A stretch of DNA of 63,362 nucleotides, counting the filler, from Trichomonas gallinae (Eukaryota), in the NCBI GenBank assembly GCA_008369845.1. It is 10 parts of 10 records of this genome, joined end to end, with 100 filler letters (N's around TTAATTAATTAA, not from the genome) between each part and the next. Parts side by side here need not be neighbours in the genome. Positions count along the whole stretch, not along the records: positions 11,914 to 24,690 come from MRSU01001542.1; 9 more parts are not named here. One strand, given 5' to 3'. Below, piece after piece: positions 11,814 to 21,977 of this stretch. The first letter of the stretch is position 1. Each line of letters starts with the position of its first letter. The position numbers were made by a program, and so were the translations under genes. The notes beneath the pieces are model-generated. The model saw only the letters and a program-made list of their open reading frames with translations. It was not told where the DNA came from and made no database searches.

Positions 11814-11913
11814 NNNNNNNNNNNNNNNNNNNNNNNNNNNNNNNNNNNNNNNNNNNNTTAATTAATTAANNNNNNNNNNNNNNNNNNNNNNNNNNNNNNN
11901 NNNNNNNNNNNNN
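11814..11913. other. Artificial contig-join spacer
   Basis: N44-TTAATTAATTAA-N44. Confidence 0.98.
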
Positions 11914-12007
11914 ATTTTTATAATCCAAAAAGGCTTCATTTGTAGGACCGATAAGATTTTAACGTCATTTCTATCGTCGTTTCTACACCTCTCATATAAT
12001 CAATACA

Positions 12008-12528
12008 ATGAGCTATAGATTGCTTGTGTTACATACAGTTCATAAATATATTGAAGATCTAAAAGAATTATACAAATCATATGAAATGTTCGACGAAATC
12101 TATGATACACTCAACCGTATCACAACAGAAAATGATTTTGATGCTATGAATTTTGCTGTAAAAGAGGGGTTCTGTAATGTTAAAATTTTATGAAACCATT
12201 TTTTATCGTTCAATTAGAACGCTTAACTTTCAACTTACGTGACACATTATAGAATTTGTTGAAAAAAGTTATTATAGCCTCAAGTTTTCTGATTTTGTCA
12301 GATTTATCCTCAAAACACCACATTTTGGTGTGAATAAAGCTTTGCTTTGTGTTTCAAGAGAAGGATATCATGAAGTTGTCAAACTTATTCTCACAGTTCC
12401 TGGAATAGATGTAAACCCGAAAGATAAAGACAACAATACAGCTTTGATTTGTGCTTCAATTAAAGGTCATTATGAAGTTGTCAAACTCCTTTTTACAATA
12501 CCTGGAATAGATGTAAACAGTTTAGATT
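12008..12528 (+). pseudogene. Fragmented ankyrin-repeat gene
   Basis: ORF pieces 12008-12193 and 12330-12560 with ankyrin repeats (TALICASIKGHYEVVKLLFTIPGIDVN). The N-terminal piece is homologous to 31843-32031. The 3' end is interrupted by a repeat. Confidence 0.8.
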
Positions 12529-12612
12529 ACGTGAAAAATAGCCAAACCCTATTTTTCTGAGGCCAAAATGAGGCAAATGTGGAAAATATACACACGTTTA
12601 AACTATTTCTTA
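12529..12612 (+). repeat. Internally deleted copy of the repeat/TE end at 63158-63340
   Basis: gtgaaaaatagccaaaccctatttt resembles gggaaaaataggcaaacgctatttt. caaaatgaggcaaatgtggaaaatatacacacgtttaaa matches 63286-63324 at 34/39. Confidence 0.75.
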
Positions 12613-13099
12613 TTAGCATGTGTTTCACTGGTGACTAGTCTTTAGATCCTCATTATTAATTCCTCTTTCTCAGATATGCAAATGAGGAAGAAAAGATGCT
12701 ATGATCCTTAGATTACTGATGATAAAGTTAGAATGAAGAATAATTGAATGAAGTCGACAAGCTAGAACAACATTGAAGGACCTAAATCATATACCATCTT
12801 GTAAATTATGTTCTATTGCTTGGATTTAATGTTTCTGGTAAATTTGGTTGTCTATTAGCAATATACTATGGTTTAGACAAATAAAAAACTAAATAATAAA
12901 ACATTTCGAAACAAAAATTAAATAAGAATGTGTATTATACTAAATATATAGAGGTCTATATATCAAACTATGCATATAACAAAGTCATATGCATTGAATA
13001 AAATTAATACTTGATATGAGTAAATTCTTGGTTATATTTCACTTAAATGCTGTAGTATCGTGAAAAATTCCTAAATTCTTCATTAGATTCTGAGTGAAT

Positions 13100-14200
13100 T
13101 CAATCTGAATTTTTTCCTTTGTGAGATAACTGTGAATCTTTAATATAAACAGGAGGATGCTGTAGTAAAACTTCGTTTACCCATTTTCTAAATGGATTTT
13201 CTTTTTTGACGATTGAATCAATATGTTGGAACAAGATTTCTTTCTTCCATTGCTCGATTTCACTTCTAACGAATGTGAAGTGTATGTCCCGCTTCTTTGG
13301 GACCTCATTTCCGAATTTTTTTATGATTTTTGAGCTTTCGAAATAAACTTGGTCCAAAAACAATCCCAAACCAATCAAGCGTGGCAGAGCCCATCTTGTC
13401 TCAGTTAATGTCTCTTTTATTTGTTCAATCGTCAATAAATTATATGAAGCAGATAAAACTGTTGCAATCATCTTTCTTATCTGGTTGAGCATGAATGAGT
13501 TTCCATATATAATGAATAAAACATATTTTGCGCCATTGATTTCGAATGGATCGGAAAATGAAAAATCTCGAATGATTTTTATTGAGTTTTGAATATTTTC
13601 ATCGGTTATATGCCTTGTGTAGTTAACAAACTGATGTTTTCCAACAAATAACTGGCATACTTCGTTTCTTAAATAATCTAAATGCGATTTCGATGATTCT
13701 TTGAATGTATCAAGTGGCATTAAATAGAAATAACGTCTTGAAGACGCAGACTGCTGTGCATTAAACACTGTGCCAGGAGAAACAGCAGCCCAAATTCTAA
13801 TATTTGAATGAGAACCAAGCTGTTCTTGAATTAAACCTGGCAGGTTTTTTACTTTAATTCCATCAGGCAAAGCCACCTGAAGCGAAACAACCTGTGCTGC
13901 TGCGTGTACGCCAGCATCTGTCCTTGATGATTCACTCCACTTTAGAGAAACTCGTGTTTTTAAAGGACTGATTATCCCAAGATTAACCATTGCCTCTTGC
14001 AAGTCCAAAATTACTGTTTTATCATCATTATGAAGGCTTAATCCGTGATATTCAGTTCCTAAATAAGAAAAACATAGGGCGATCAAGGTTTGTTGTGGCT
14101 TTTTTGGATTCCCTTCTTTATCGAACCAAAGATTCGGGTATTTAATTTTCCTGTCATTGACTTTTTTCTCGCCACAACAAATCGAATCAACAATTCCCAT
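13100..14200 (-). CDS. tRNA pseudouridine synthase, TruA/Pus1 family
   Basis: Motifs SYLGTEYHG, SRTDAGVHA (catalytic Asp), FNAQ...SRRY.Y, G.H.F.NYT, GNSFMLNQIRKM. ATG at 14200 (the track starts at 14266). Confidence 0.92.
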   Translation of the reverse strand: MGIVDSICCGEKKVNDRKIKYPNLWFDKEGNPKKPQQTLIALCFSYLGTEYHGLSLHNDDKTVILDLQEAMVNLGIISPLKTRVSLKWSESSRTDAGVHAAAQVVSLQVALPDGIKVKNLPGLIQEQLGSHSNIRIWAAVSPGTVFNAQQSASSRRYFYLMPLDTFKESSKSHLDYLRNEVCQLFVGKHQFVNYTRHITDENIQNSIKIIRDFSFSDPFEINGAKYVLFIIYGNSFMLNQIRKMIATVLSASYNLLTIEQIKETLTETRWALPRLIGLGLFLDQVYFESSKIIKKFGNEVPKKRDIHFTFVRSEIEQWKKEILFQHIDSIVKKENPFRKWVNEVLLQHPPVYIKDSQLSHKGKNSD

Positions 14201-15042
14201 TAATAATCTGATTCCCACATATATATATTTATCACTATTTAAACAAACAATCGATTTAAATAACAAATATTTTTTTATACAATTTTTTAGTTAAAATTGA
14301 GCCAAGACACTTATACCATGTAATCATTATGTGTAAATAAGTATCATATTTAGTTTACTAAGATTTTTATCAATAATCTTTTGAGTATCAAAATATACTT
14401 TTTTCATTTGCTTGTTTATTCATTCAATCTCTATATGAGCTCTTTATATGTGTAAAAATTAATATTTAAGAATGTTAAATAAACAATAAATATTCATCTT
14501 CCGGAAATTATCGATTTTGAAACTTATCATCTTTACCAAATATATATAATTGAGCAGTACTATAAATATATAGTATTGTAATTGTCTAATTCCTTAATTT
14601 TTTTATGACAAAAATTAATTTTTTCGATTACATGCGAATTTTATTTCATATATTTGATTTGTTAGTGTTTATCATTGCGAATCTGCGAAGTGGGGACATA
14701 AATACTAATTATTTCCAAAAATTTCAATGACAGGCAAGATATAAAATTGAATAAACAATGAGAAATGCTCCAATATGCTCTATAATTTATATATTTCACG
14801 TCAAAATCCGAGGACATCAGATCGAAATTATTGACTGAGTTTTTATCCCATGACATCATAAAAACTCAATAATGGTGTTGATTAGCCTCTTCTTATTCTG
14901 ATAAACACGAAATAAACACTTATAATTGACTTTTTTTGTTCGACAGATTAATTTGAAAAATTACAGACTTGTTATTAGAGGCTAACTCACCGAAAATAGT
15001 GGATAGATCATAAAAACAATACAAACAATTTAGTTAACATGG

Positions 15043-16227
15043 TTAGTTGAAGAAGGGCATCTTAAGGATTTGATCCATTGTTGGTCTGGCAAGTGGATCC
15101 CATGTGAGGCATGATGCGATGAGATCAATGAGGTCTTTGTTTGTGTTTCCAATGCGGTCAGCGATGTACTTGCGTTTGATCTCATTTGCTCTCTCTGGAT
15201 GGAGCTCCTTCCTAATATAATATCTCTTCAGCTTTTTGGAGCTGTTGACAATGTTCTTGGTTGGGTCACCAAGGACTTTCATGATCTCGGCGATTAATTC
15301 ATTCTCGCCGGAAGCAAAGAATAGTGGCTTAGCTGTGACGATCTCGAAGAGAAGGCATCCGAAGCTCCAGACGTCGATTGGTGTTGAGTAGCCCATCTGG
15401 AAGATAACTTCTGGTGCACGATAGTAGAGGCTTTGGACCGTCTCATAGTGAAACTCACTCTCATATGATGCACAGCCAAAGTCAATCAAGCAGATCTCGT
15501 TACCATTGACCATTACGTTCTCTGGCTTGAGATCTGAATGAATGATACCGGCCTTATGAGTGAAATGTAGAGCCTTGGCTATTGCCTTGGCATATGATTT
15601 GGCTTGATTTATCGACAAGCGGGAATTTTCATTTTCACAAATCTGTTCATATAGATTTTTTCCACAGAACTTTGTGACGATGAATGTGAAGTTACCGATT
15701 TTGAATGTGTCGATGAGGTCGATGACGTTGTTGTTCTTGGCTCCGTTTCCAAATGTCTTCAAAAGTTTGAGAAGCTCGATCTCTCTGGCAACTTGCTCGT
15801 GTTCGAATGCAGTGTCAGTCAAGCACTTGATTGCGACCTCCGTCTGGAGTTTGTGGTCAAAGCACTTGATGACTGTACCAAAAGATCCACGGCCAAGAAG
15901 TTGGAGTTGTTCATAGCGGAACGCGATGTGGGCATTGAGCTTGAAATTATAGAATACGAAATCGTTCTCAACAAAGGAGTTTTTGTATTCTGTTGTGTCG
16001 TGGATGTAGTAGATATCCTTTATTTTTTGAATTTGAATCTTGTCTTCCTCCGACATGAACTCAGAGTACTTTTCCAAGGCAACTTGGGATGAGATTGGAT
16101 TCGTAAACTTGAAGCTTTTCTCGAGAACAAGTTGATTGTTGTATGGGAGATTGCCCGTGCTTCCAAAATGCTTGAGGTGATTTCTTCTCTTATGGCATGA
16201 TGCATCGTGCATCTGAGTATCCGCCAT
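15043..16227 (-). CDS. CMGC kinase, DYRK family
   Basis: HIAFRYE, LGRGSFG, VAIK, HSDLKPEN, IDFGCA, QSLYYRAPE. ATG at 16227 with Inr TCATT at 16240-16236. Confidence 0.92.
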   Translation of the reverse strand: MADTQMHDASCHKRRNHLKHFGSTGNLPYNNQLVLEKSFKFTNPISSQVALEKYSEFMSEEDKIQIQKIKDIYYIHDTTEYKNSFVENDFVFYNFKLNAHIAFRYEQLQLLGRGSFGTVIKCFDHKLQTEVAIKCLTDTAFEHEQVAREIELLKLLKTFGNGAKNNNVIDLIDTFKIGNFTFIVTKFCGKNLYEQICENENSRLSINQAKSYAKAIAKALHFTHKAGIIHSDLKPENVMVNGNEICLIDFGCASYESEFHYETVQSLYYRAPEVIFQMGYSTPIDVWSFGCLLFEIVTAKPLFFASGENELIAEIMKVLGDPTKNIVNSSKKLKRYYIRKELHPERANEIKRKYIADRIGNTNKDLIDLIASCLTWDPLARPTMDQILKMPFFN

Positions 16228-18440
16228 CGGGGAATAATGAAGATAAAAAACGATAAAGTTTTTCAGGACCAATGGGAATTGTAAACATTTCAATAAAAGG
16301 TGAAAGTTATCAAAAAATCGAATAATTGAGAGTCGTCTGAATAATTTCAATAGTGCACCTTTCAACCAATAAAAGAGTATATGTGTTAGTATTGACTTAA
16401 TGAATAATATTAAAAAGGTTGTGAAAAGTGGCCAATGTTCTGAATTGTTTAAATAAAATGGACTTTTTGAATGGGAGTTAACACCCTTTTTATATATATT
16501 TTGTGCTATGTATGTATATTCATATTACCGCATTATATAATTGAGAGTCAAAGAAACATAAAGAAATAAATTTCTAAGAAACGGGTAATCGTACTTGAAA
16601 TTTGAATCATTGCAATTTAAAAGAATATGTTTAGAATACATTTACATATCGATTATTCCATTTTCGAATTGAAGGAGAAAAAATTCTCAAAAAGGTGAAG
16701 TCTTTGAGATCAAACCCCAATGAAAATTTTTTCAAGGTAAAATGAAAAATTGGTAAATAAGCATATGACTTTAGATGTTCATTTGATATATCCAATTTTT
16801 ATAAAAATTTTTCTTTCAATTTGTTCGAAGTGAAAATTAAAGTGATAAATATGATGTATATATGATAATCATACCGTGGTCCATAACTGCAAACAAAATC
16901 TTAAAAAACGATTATTTCGAGAAAAGTACGATAAGATCAATCGGTGGTCGTTAATGTCATACAACAAGGATATAATCTCCACAAAGATTATTTCAATTTT
17001 TGAATGAAAAAGTGGCCAATTGGTCTTGGTCGATAGCATGCTTAATATGTATTAATAAGCAAAATTAAACAAACTTAAAGTCAAGAAGGGTCTATCGTAT
17101 CTTAAAAAGGGAGCCACGCTGATTCAATCTGAAAAAGTTGATGATCCAAAATAATGATGAATATAGATGTTTTACGTAATAACAAAGCTGTTTATACTAT
17201 TTTTGGTCTCAGTTGAACAATTTTACAAAATTGAAGTAAATTAGGTTATTTTCGGGTTCCGCGATCAGGCAAAAAGCGGCAATATGCTTCATAAGGTCCT
17301 ACTGGACCGGTTCCATCAGGACGGACAAGTACCTGATGTGGCTCACTAAACACAAAAATATAAACTGATACCTGCCGCTAGAATAAATGATGAATATGCA
17401 TTATACTAGGTAATGAGATTAAATCATATTCCGGCATTTCTTCTAATTTCAATCCGAAACTTTTTGATTGTTTTCCTAGTAAATAAATAATTCTCACAAA
17501 AGAAAAAATTTGACTCAAATTTTACGTGACATAAAATCTCACTTTTTTGTTATCCGCAAAACGATGAAAAAATGATATGTAAATTGGATAATTCATCCAT
17601 TAGGGGCCTATAGACATTCCATATATGGATATTAGGGAGAAATTGGTAACAGTTCTCTTTGTATTGATGATTTCGTAGCACATGTCGTAATAATCGAAAA
17701 ATAAGCTTAATATTAGATTAATATTATGCTTTACTCTATGAATCTAGCATTAAACCTTTCTATTATCCGACAATACGACCAGTTGAATAATTTACTTTAT
17801 AAATATGGAGAAATTGGTTATATAGATTAGTATCAATGTGTGGATTATACATATCATAATATAATCAGGAACGGTGACGAATATATTTTCTTCCACTCAA
17901 AAATGAGTTGGACTGAAATAACTATGGATTCAAGTAGAATATTCGTAGTAGTTTCTTATTTGATGACTTAATCAAGATTTCTCGGACGATGAGAAAGGTG
18001 AAGTAATTATTTCGAAGCCATGGCTCAATTTAGTTTGATGATTTAGGTACTATATCGTATGTAGTATGATGCAATATCAGTTACGCGTCTTGATTGATGT
18101 GAATGTTTTTTTCACCTTATCTTTTCTCCAAGAGATCAGCCAGATTTTCGATATTTATGCTTTGTACATGATGCACATGGGATGGATAACGACTGTATTT
18201 AAGGAGAAATCAAATTTGTAATTACCTAAAGTTGGAGGTTTTCTCCTATTGCGATAGATATGATGCAACAATCTAATGCTATATCTGTTGAAAGCGAAGA
18301 ACAACGAAAAAATGAGAGTATAAAATCTGGACAATCTTCAAATAAATGATGAATATATGGGTATATCTAGGATGTGTTCCAAAATATCAAATCAGATTGG
18401 AATTCCTATGATGATATTTTGCTGTTGATTTTTTCGAATT

Positions 18441-18893
18441 TCAAAATACTGAAGGAATATTGTTGTCAACAGCACCCTTTCTGCAAGCTAATCTGTATGA
18501 CTCGGCATACTTTATGCTATTCTTCTTATTTCTATAAGATTCTACCATCTTATAAATCATGCATGGAATTGATTTGCCGTTAATGTCTATATCTGTAACA
18601 AAACGGAAGTATTGTACTGGATATCCTTCATATTCGTCAAGGCTTTGAATGTCTTCTCTATGAACTTTCCAGACAAGACCATCAACATTATTTCCGTCTG
18701 TATAATCGATATCTGCGTATTTTGCTTCAACAACTTTATAGTTTTTGAGAATGCCATGTCCTATCCTTATTGATTTTGGACATCTATTCGCCATTTGTTC
18801 CAGATTCATGTTGGAACCATAGGCGAAGTAATAATAGTAATTTTCATCAACTGCGGAATTCTCGAGATCAAAATCATAGTCTTGAGAAACCAT
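18441..18893 (-). CDS. Gamma-glutamylcyclotransferase (GGCT/AIG2-like)
   Basis: YFAYGSNM, M..RCP, V.G.VW, LDEYEGYP..Y motifs; bacterial/phage-like. Confidence 0.88.
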   Translation of the reverse strand: MVSQDYDFDLENSAVDENYYYYFAYGSNMNLEQMANRCPKSIRIGHGILKNYKVVEAKYADIDYTDGNNVDGLVWKVHREDIQSLDEYEGYPVQYFRFVTDIDINGKSIPCMIYKMVESYRNKKNSIKYAESYRLACRKGAVDNNIPSVF

Positions 18894-19586
18894 TTTTTGG
18901 TCTCATTCTATCAATTTGGAAAAATCGAAAAAAAAATTCTGATGATTTTTATATATGATGCTTGTAGATTCTAAATTTAAAATTATTTTAAGATTTGAAA
19001 ATGTCATTGAAAATTTTGAACTTTTATGTGATTTTTCTCCAATGACATTTATATTGCGAATTTTAAATAATTTTTTCATAGTGCCAAAAACCTTCTCAAA
19101 TATGATGACGGGGCCTCACAAAATTTATCTCGACCGATTTTTTCCCGGTTACTAATCCTAAATCTATTTCTAAATTGCGAATTTTCCAAAAAAGTAAATA
19201 GATAACTCCCATCGTTTACAAAATTATAGTGATATTTTGTAAATTTTAATTTTTTCATAATAAAAAATGACTTTTTCACGATTCTAACTCACGGAAATAG
19301 CTTTATTTTACATTCTCAATACAGATTCATAATAATACCAAAAACTTTTAGTTTTTTTTCAAAAGTAAAATCATCTTTTTGAAATTTTTTTATTCATATT
19401 AGCTCTATTATCTATTAATTACACAAATCCAAAATAATGTAAAAATGTTATTACTTTTTCTGAATAGACTATTATAATTTTATGTTTTTAGTTGATGAAA
19501 TTTGCTCTGTTATATATATAAAATCCAAATATCAAATAATATAATAAACTTTGGCATTGCATACGATAAGAAATTTTTCAGACCAT

Positions 19587-19594
19587 AACCGTTT
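19587..19594 (+). promoter_or_regulatory. M3-like (Myb-type) core promoter motif
   Basis: AACCGTTT fits the trichomonad DRCSGYTD consensus, about 65 nt upstream of ATG 19657, followed by GTCACTTTT. Confidence 0.4.
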
Positions 19595-19656
19595 ATTAAA
19601 ATCAAAAAGTCACTTTTGTTTTTCTGACGATAAAAAAAATTACAGTTTCTCATCTC

Positions 19657-20298
19657 ATGGCTTCCAATGATTTACCTAATCACTGGGACTTCTTGAATGA
19701 CACTGATAAACAGACGTACGAGAGAATTAGGACAGCTTTGACCGCTCCTTCCAATAAAAATAAGAAAAACAAGAGAGCCGATGAATTTCGTGATATTCTT
19801 GAGGCCATTTACTTATTTGAGAACCATGATGAGGTTGACAAATGGAAACGATGCTTAGTTTGCGGTGTCTATAAATTTGATGGTGGCATCGCTGTAAATA
19901 TATCAGCCCTCAAGCGTTTGGTTTTCAAATGCAAGTCATCAATCAACGGATCACTCAAAGCTATAGGATATCCAACAGTTACATATAAATCTTCACAATG
20001 TGAAGAATTGTTGCAGGGTATTCCATTCCTCAAAGGTAATACGGTTGAACTTCGCCAGTGGACTGTTAGATTCCAGGATCCACAAGCTTTGAAAGATGAA
20101 GCTGAAAATGAAGAATCTCAATATATTACTCCACCATCAGCAGAAACAGAAATGCAAACTAGCATCCAGCAGAACACTACAGTTGCCGACAAAACATCTA
20201 CAGCAAATGACCAACTAATTGATATTTTTGGTAACACTTTGGATTGGCTTCCCAAGAGTTATGAAGATGGTGCTGATTTCTTTGATTTTACTTATTAA
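19657..20298 (+). CDS. Initiator-binding-domain (IBD, IBP39-like) winged-helix protein
   Basis: KRCLVCGV...IAVNI..LK.L..KCKSSINGSL..IGY...ELRQWTVR, the pattern of the expanded trichomonad IBD family. Confidence 0.85.
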   Translation: MASNDLPNHWDFLNDTDKQTYERIRTALTAPSNKNKKNKRADEFRDILEAIYLFENHDEVDKWKRCLVCGVYKFDGGIAVNISALKRLVFKCKSSINGSLKAIGYPTVTYKSSQCEELLQGIPFLKGNTVELRQWTVRFQDPQALKDEAENEESQYITPPSAETEMQTSIQQNTTVADKTSTANDQLIDIFGNTLDWLPKSYEDGADFFDFTY

Positions 20299-20505
20299 TT
20301 TTTCTATCTTGTTTGTTTTTTTCGAATTGTTAAATATTATGTGAGCATATGATTCTACATTCAATGCATTATTTATACAAAGCTCCCTGACAACAGAGTG
20401 GTTTCTTGTTTAATTTAGACGCATATATCAAATTTTTCTAATATGCAATCTCGACTGTAATTATATCATATTTATATTCCGTATATATTACACTAACTTA
20501 ATTCG

Positions 20506-20835
20506 ATGACGAAAACGGAAAATTTAGAAACCAGATTTACATTCCAAGATTTTGCTCTTCATTTCCTGTTGGTTTACTATAAATTCGTACAAGAACCCAA
20601 TAAATTCAGTTGCCGTTAAAAATCAGATCAAATCTGTGAAATTTCAGTTTCAGTAGGATCGCATCTAAACGATCTGCATTTATTGGTCATTACAAATCAA
20701 CGAGTGCAAGAATTTCACCCTAAGAAAGTGATCCAATTTGTAATTTACAACAAATTAAATGAAAATTTTGGCGATATTACACATACAAGCCTGGCAAATA
20801 TGATTAGATTCAAAAACACAAAGTTACCCAAATGA
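20506..20835 (+). pseudogene. Possible decayed ORF (110 codons, one internal stop)
   Basis: ATG 20506 MTKTENLETRFTFQDFALHF...CR*KSDQICE...TKLPK* is one frame with a single TAA. No family recognised. Confidence 0.3.
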
Positions 20836-21099
20836 TTTCACATTATCATTATAGAAAGTTGTCGTTGGAGTAGATCATAAATGACTAAAAAGCTTTTTGA
20901 CTTGTAAACAAATAATTTACATGACAAAATAATAAATGCATGCCAAATTTGAAAAACGAGTAATATTTAAGTGTTTTATGATATAAAGAATCCAAATAAC
21001 ATAAAATAAAGGAAATGACACCAACGTTAAATTTACATCTTCTCAATTTTTGGCGGGCTGAGAGTATAGAAAACATGATCGTCACAATATAGTAAAAAA

Positions 21100-21708
21100 A
21101 TGGAAGATCTAAAACCCACACCCGATATGATAATGCTTAACTCTCTTTTAGAGAACGACAACCACAAAGATCTATGGAGTGCCGAAATTTTGGATCCAGT
21201 AACTTTAGGTTTCATTCCAACAATATGGAAACCAAAGCCACAATCATTAATGTCACTTCGAGAAACTTATTTCAGTAAAAAGAACAACGTTAATCGAAGA
21301 TTTGAGCATAAATTATGGAATGCTCTTCGAATAACAAAAACATTTCACAATTACGTACCAGTTGTAGGCGTGCAATGGGTTACAAAAGATATAATCAAAG
21401 TATACAAACGTTCTTTTGCTTATTTATTAAATATAACAACGATAGATGGAGGACTATTCCATAAACAAGGAAATTTCACTAGACACGGCTTTATAGAATT
21501 ATCAGAAAATGAAGCTAAAGCATTACTCCCAGAATCAGTGCGCGCTGATGTTGATTTCCGTGATGTTCATCTTCTGAAACATAAAGATGGATTCTTCACA
21601 GATGATTCGACAGAAGAGACTATTAACTACTGTAAATGGGATAACCCCACTGGAGCGTCCCGTGTTGCTGTTTTGAATGTTTCTCAAACATCTGTTCAAG
21701 ATAATTAA
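21100..21708 (+). CDS. Trichomonad winged-helix (IBD/HSF-like) family protein
   Basis: RFEHKLWNAL..., VGVQWV...KV.K..F..LL, GGLFHKQGNF.RHGF; the pattern resembles an expanded trichomonad DNA-binding family. Confidence 0.65.
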   Translation: MEDLKPTPDMIMLNSLLENDNHKDLWSAEILDPVTLGFIPTIWKPKPQSLMSLRETYFSKKNNVNRRFEHKLWNALRITKTFHNYVPVVGVQWVTKDIIKVYKRSFAYLLNITTIDGGLFHKQGNFTRHGFIELSENEAKALLPESVRADVDFRDVHLLKHKDGFFTDDSTEETINYCKWDNPTGASRVAVLNVSQTSVQDN

Positions 21709-21977
21709 ATGTTTTTGCAATAACTACTAAAGTTTTTATTTATATTTATAGGTTTTGGTTAATCTTTTACGGTTTTTTTCTTGAAAATATATTTTTAAAA
21801 TACCAAATAATTCTATTTACTCTAATTGATGTACAGATATAAGGTCCTTACGAGGAGCCTTATACAATGGAAACATAAAAATAGATTTTATTTTCAGAAT
21901 CGTTCAAATACACAAACATTCAAAATAATATAACAGATATTCGCATAGCATTCATCATGAGAATGTATAATATTGAA

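Noticed and set aside
17138..18420. Box C/D snoRNA cluster from several ATGATGA motifs
   Set aside because: No properly spaced CTGA D boxes or terminal stems; the motif is common at this AT content.
17560..18420. Identifiable pseudogene
   Set aside because: Broken frames look coding-like, but I recognise no family.
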